Shown: in pieces, positions 63,679 to 64,000 of the stretch
How the letters are laid out: each line of letters starts with the position of its first letter
Numbering within the stretch: position 1 is the stretch's first letter
Source: Hormiphora californensis
Taxonomy: Eukaryota; Animalia; Ctenophora
Reading direction: 5' to 3'
Assembly: GCA_020137815.1 (NCBI GenBank)
Contig: CM035361.1
Span: forward strand, 6,386,001 to 6,450,000
Length of the DNA stretch: 64,000 nt
Made by a program: the position numbers and the translations under genes
Notes under the pieces: generated by a model
Database searches by the model: none
What the model saw: only the letters and a program-made list of their open reading frames with translations
What the model was told of the DNA's origin: nothing

Positions 63679-64000
63679 GTTTAACAACATTAACAAAAAT
63701 ATTCTTACTTCAGAGAAAATCATCGATACTAATTCGCATGGCTGGAACCGGCAAGATAGAAATAACGACAAAAGCTACTGATGCAAACTCAAAATCTAAA
63801 TTTAAATGGAGTCAAAAATCATCGTTAGTTATTGCCTAGCTAGACTGTGTTTCGCGCGCCCCGCTCCTTTACAAATGTAAAGGAGGGTTAGAACAAACGT
63901 TGGTGATCTGTGTTGGGTGTTTTTAGTTAGTTACTTTTTATTTTATGTTTTTGGGAAGACAACTAATAATTGTTTTATTTTCAGTCGTCACGAAGAAAAA
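35854..64000 (+). CDS. Very large secreted mosaic protein: PAN/apple-like, galectin/ConA-like, kringle x2, F5/8 type C (F-type lectin-like) x4, Cys-rich domain; 3' truncated
   Basis: About 40 GT-AG exons. Signal peptide [19 protein letters not shown] (35854-35926). Kringle: [37 protein letters not shown] (40112-40499). FTLD/F58C motifs: [10 protein letters not shown] (42013), [15 protein letters not shown] (43414), LTEVEVYG (~52530), [25 protein letters not shown] (53410-54763). Phases are consistent except one unresolved junction at 57252/57330, so this could be two genes or contain a 1-nt error. Confidence 0.78.
38440..40022. repeat. 24-bp minisatellite (ACAGTTCCTAACAACAACATAGCA)n
   Basis: Read directly; it explains the [16 protein letters not shown] ORFs. 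Confidence 0.95.
40869..40958. mobile_element. Tc1/pogo-like MITE (TA-CAGTCGGACCCCGATTT...AAATCGGGGTCCGACTG-TA); family copies at ~14831, 17666, 20274, 21031, 22365, 35960, 37185, 41759, 59279
   Basis: CAGT...ACTG TIRs with TA duplication; many size variants. Confidence 0.85.
41439..41672. repeat. 34-bp array (7 copies) of exon end + donor
   Basis: TACTGTGGCCATCACCCCCATCCAG|GTACGGTAT repeated. Confidence 0.92.
43916..43958 (-). ncRNA. Second copy of the candidate hammerhead ribozyme (inverted pLTR)
   Basis: Reverse complement of 46014-46056. Confidence 0.65.
46014..46056 (+). ncRNA. Candidate minimal type-I hammerhead ribozyme in the Penelope pLTR
   Basis: TTAGTT-CTGAAGA-A-GGCG(TTGA)CGCC-GAAAC-T-GT-T-AACAAA. 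Core boxes CUGANGA and GAAA are present, with a 4-bp stem II, a vestigial stem III and an imperfect stem I. Confidence 0.65.
46160..46470. repeat. 20-bp minisatellite (ATGATTGCTGTCTGTATAT)n
   Basis: The unit matches the intron start GTATGGTCGCTGTCTGTATATA at 43833, on the other side of the Penelope insertion. Confidence 0.9.
48636..48839. mobile_element. MITE with ~65-bp perfect TIRs
   Basis: ACCAAAACTAATTGAAATTAGTAGGCCGG... pairs with ...CCGGCCTACTAATTTCAATTAGTTTTGGT. Confidence 0.8.
50031..51420. mobile_element. Kolobok-like non-autonomous foldback transposon, ~600-bp TIRs, TTAA TSD
   Basis: TTAA|GGGTACGCTAACC...GGTTAGCGTACCC|TTAA, with near-identical arms and a ~185-bp spacer. Neighbouring repeat units show the empty GATTAACAAC site. 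Confidence 0.88.
55324..56001. repeat. Compound array: 8 copies of exon end + donor separated by variable (AGTTACCAT)n
   Basis: GGCCTAGAGGACTGCCTGGGACATTTTGACTCGTGCTCAG|GT repeated. Confidence 0.92.
59532..62997. repeat. 3.5-kb satellite of 33-bp units derived from the end + donor of exon 59452-59549
   Basis: (ACATGATGGGGCACAAT|GTTAGTAACTTAATAT)n, ~105 copies by length; it explains the [11 protein letters not shown] ORFs. Confidence 0.95.

Noticed and set aside
63240-63680. Scrambled AG tract followed by CT tract (also ~18660-18880)
   Set aside because: Probably a low-quality consensus over an inverted microsatellite hairpin; not interpretable.

Overview
This is eukaryotic (animal) genomic DNA, rich in introns and repeats. 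It is probably a ctenophore (Pleurobrachia-like); that rests on my recollection of the ubiquitous ~110-bp MITE and the ~140-aa repeat domain, not on a database search. Manual GT-AG, phase-consistent exon reconstruction gives five genes. (1) A secreted protein on + (<1-4688) with a signal peptide, three single-exon ~140-aa domains and a sushi/CCP domain, followed by decayed sushi exons. (2) A type-I membrane Ig-superfamily gene on - (11568->34912) with at least 4 Ig domains, a TM helix and an NPxY tail. (3) A frameshifted paralog of gene 1 nested antisense in one intron of the Ig gene. (4) A complete 17-exon DD3-3 homolog nested antisense in another intron of the Ig gene. (5) A very large secreted mosaic protein on + (35854->64000) with PAN-like, kringle, galectin-like and F5/8C/F-type lectin domains; several domains appear split and inserted inside one another like a Russian doll. 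The most pervasive unexplained structure is that tandem repeats are repeatedly seeded exactly on exon-intron junctions. These include two arrays of ~100-120 copies of an exon end plus splice donor, and one array that creates in-frame 39-nt candidate microexons. Mobile DNA includes a Penelope-like retroelement with inverted pLTRs and candidate hammerhead ribozymes, Kolobok-, Merlin-, hAT- and Tc1/pogo-like non-autonomous elements, and a tiny TTG..CAA element with 8-bp TSDs. Most long ORFs in the ORF track are repeat artefacts.
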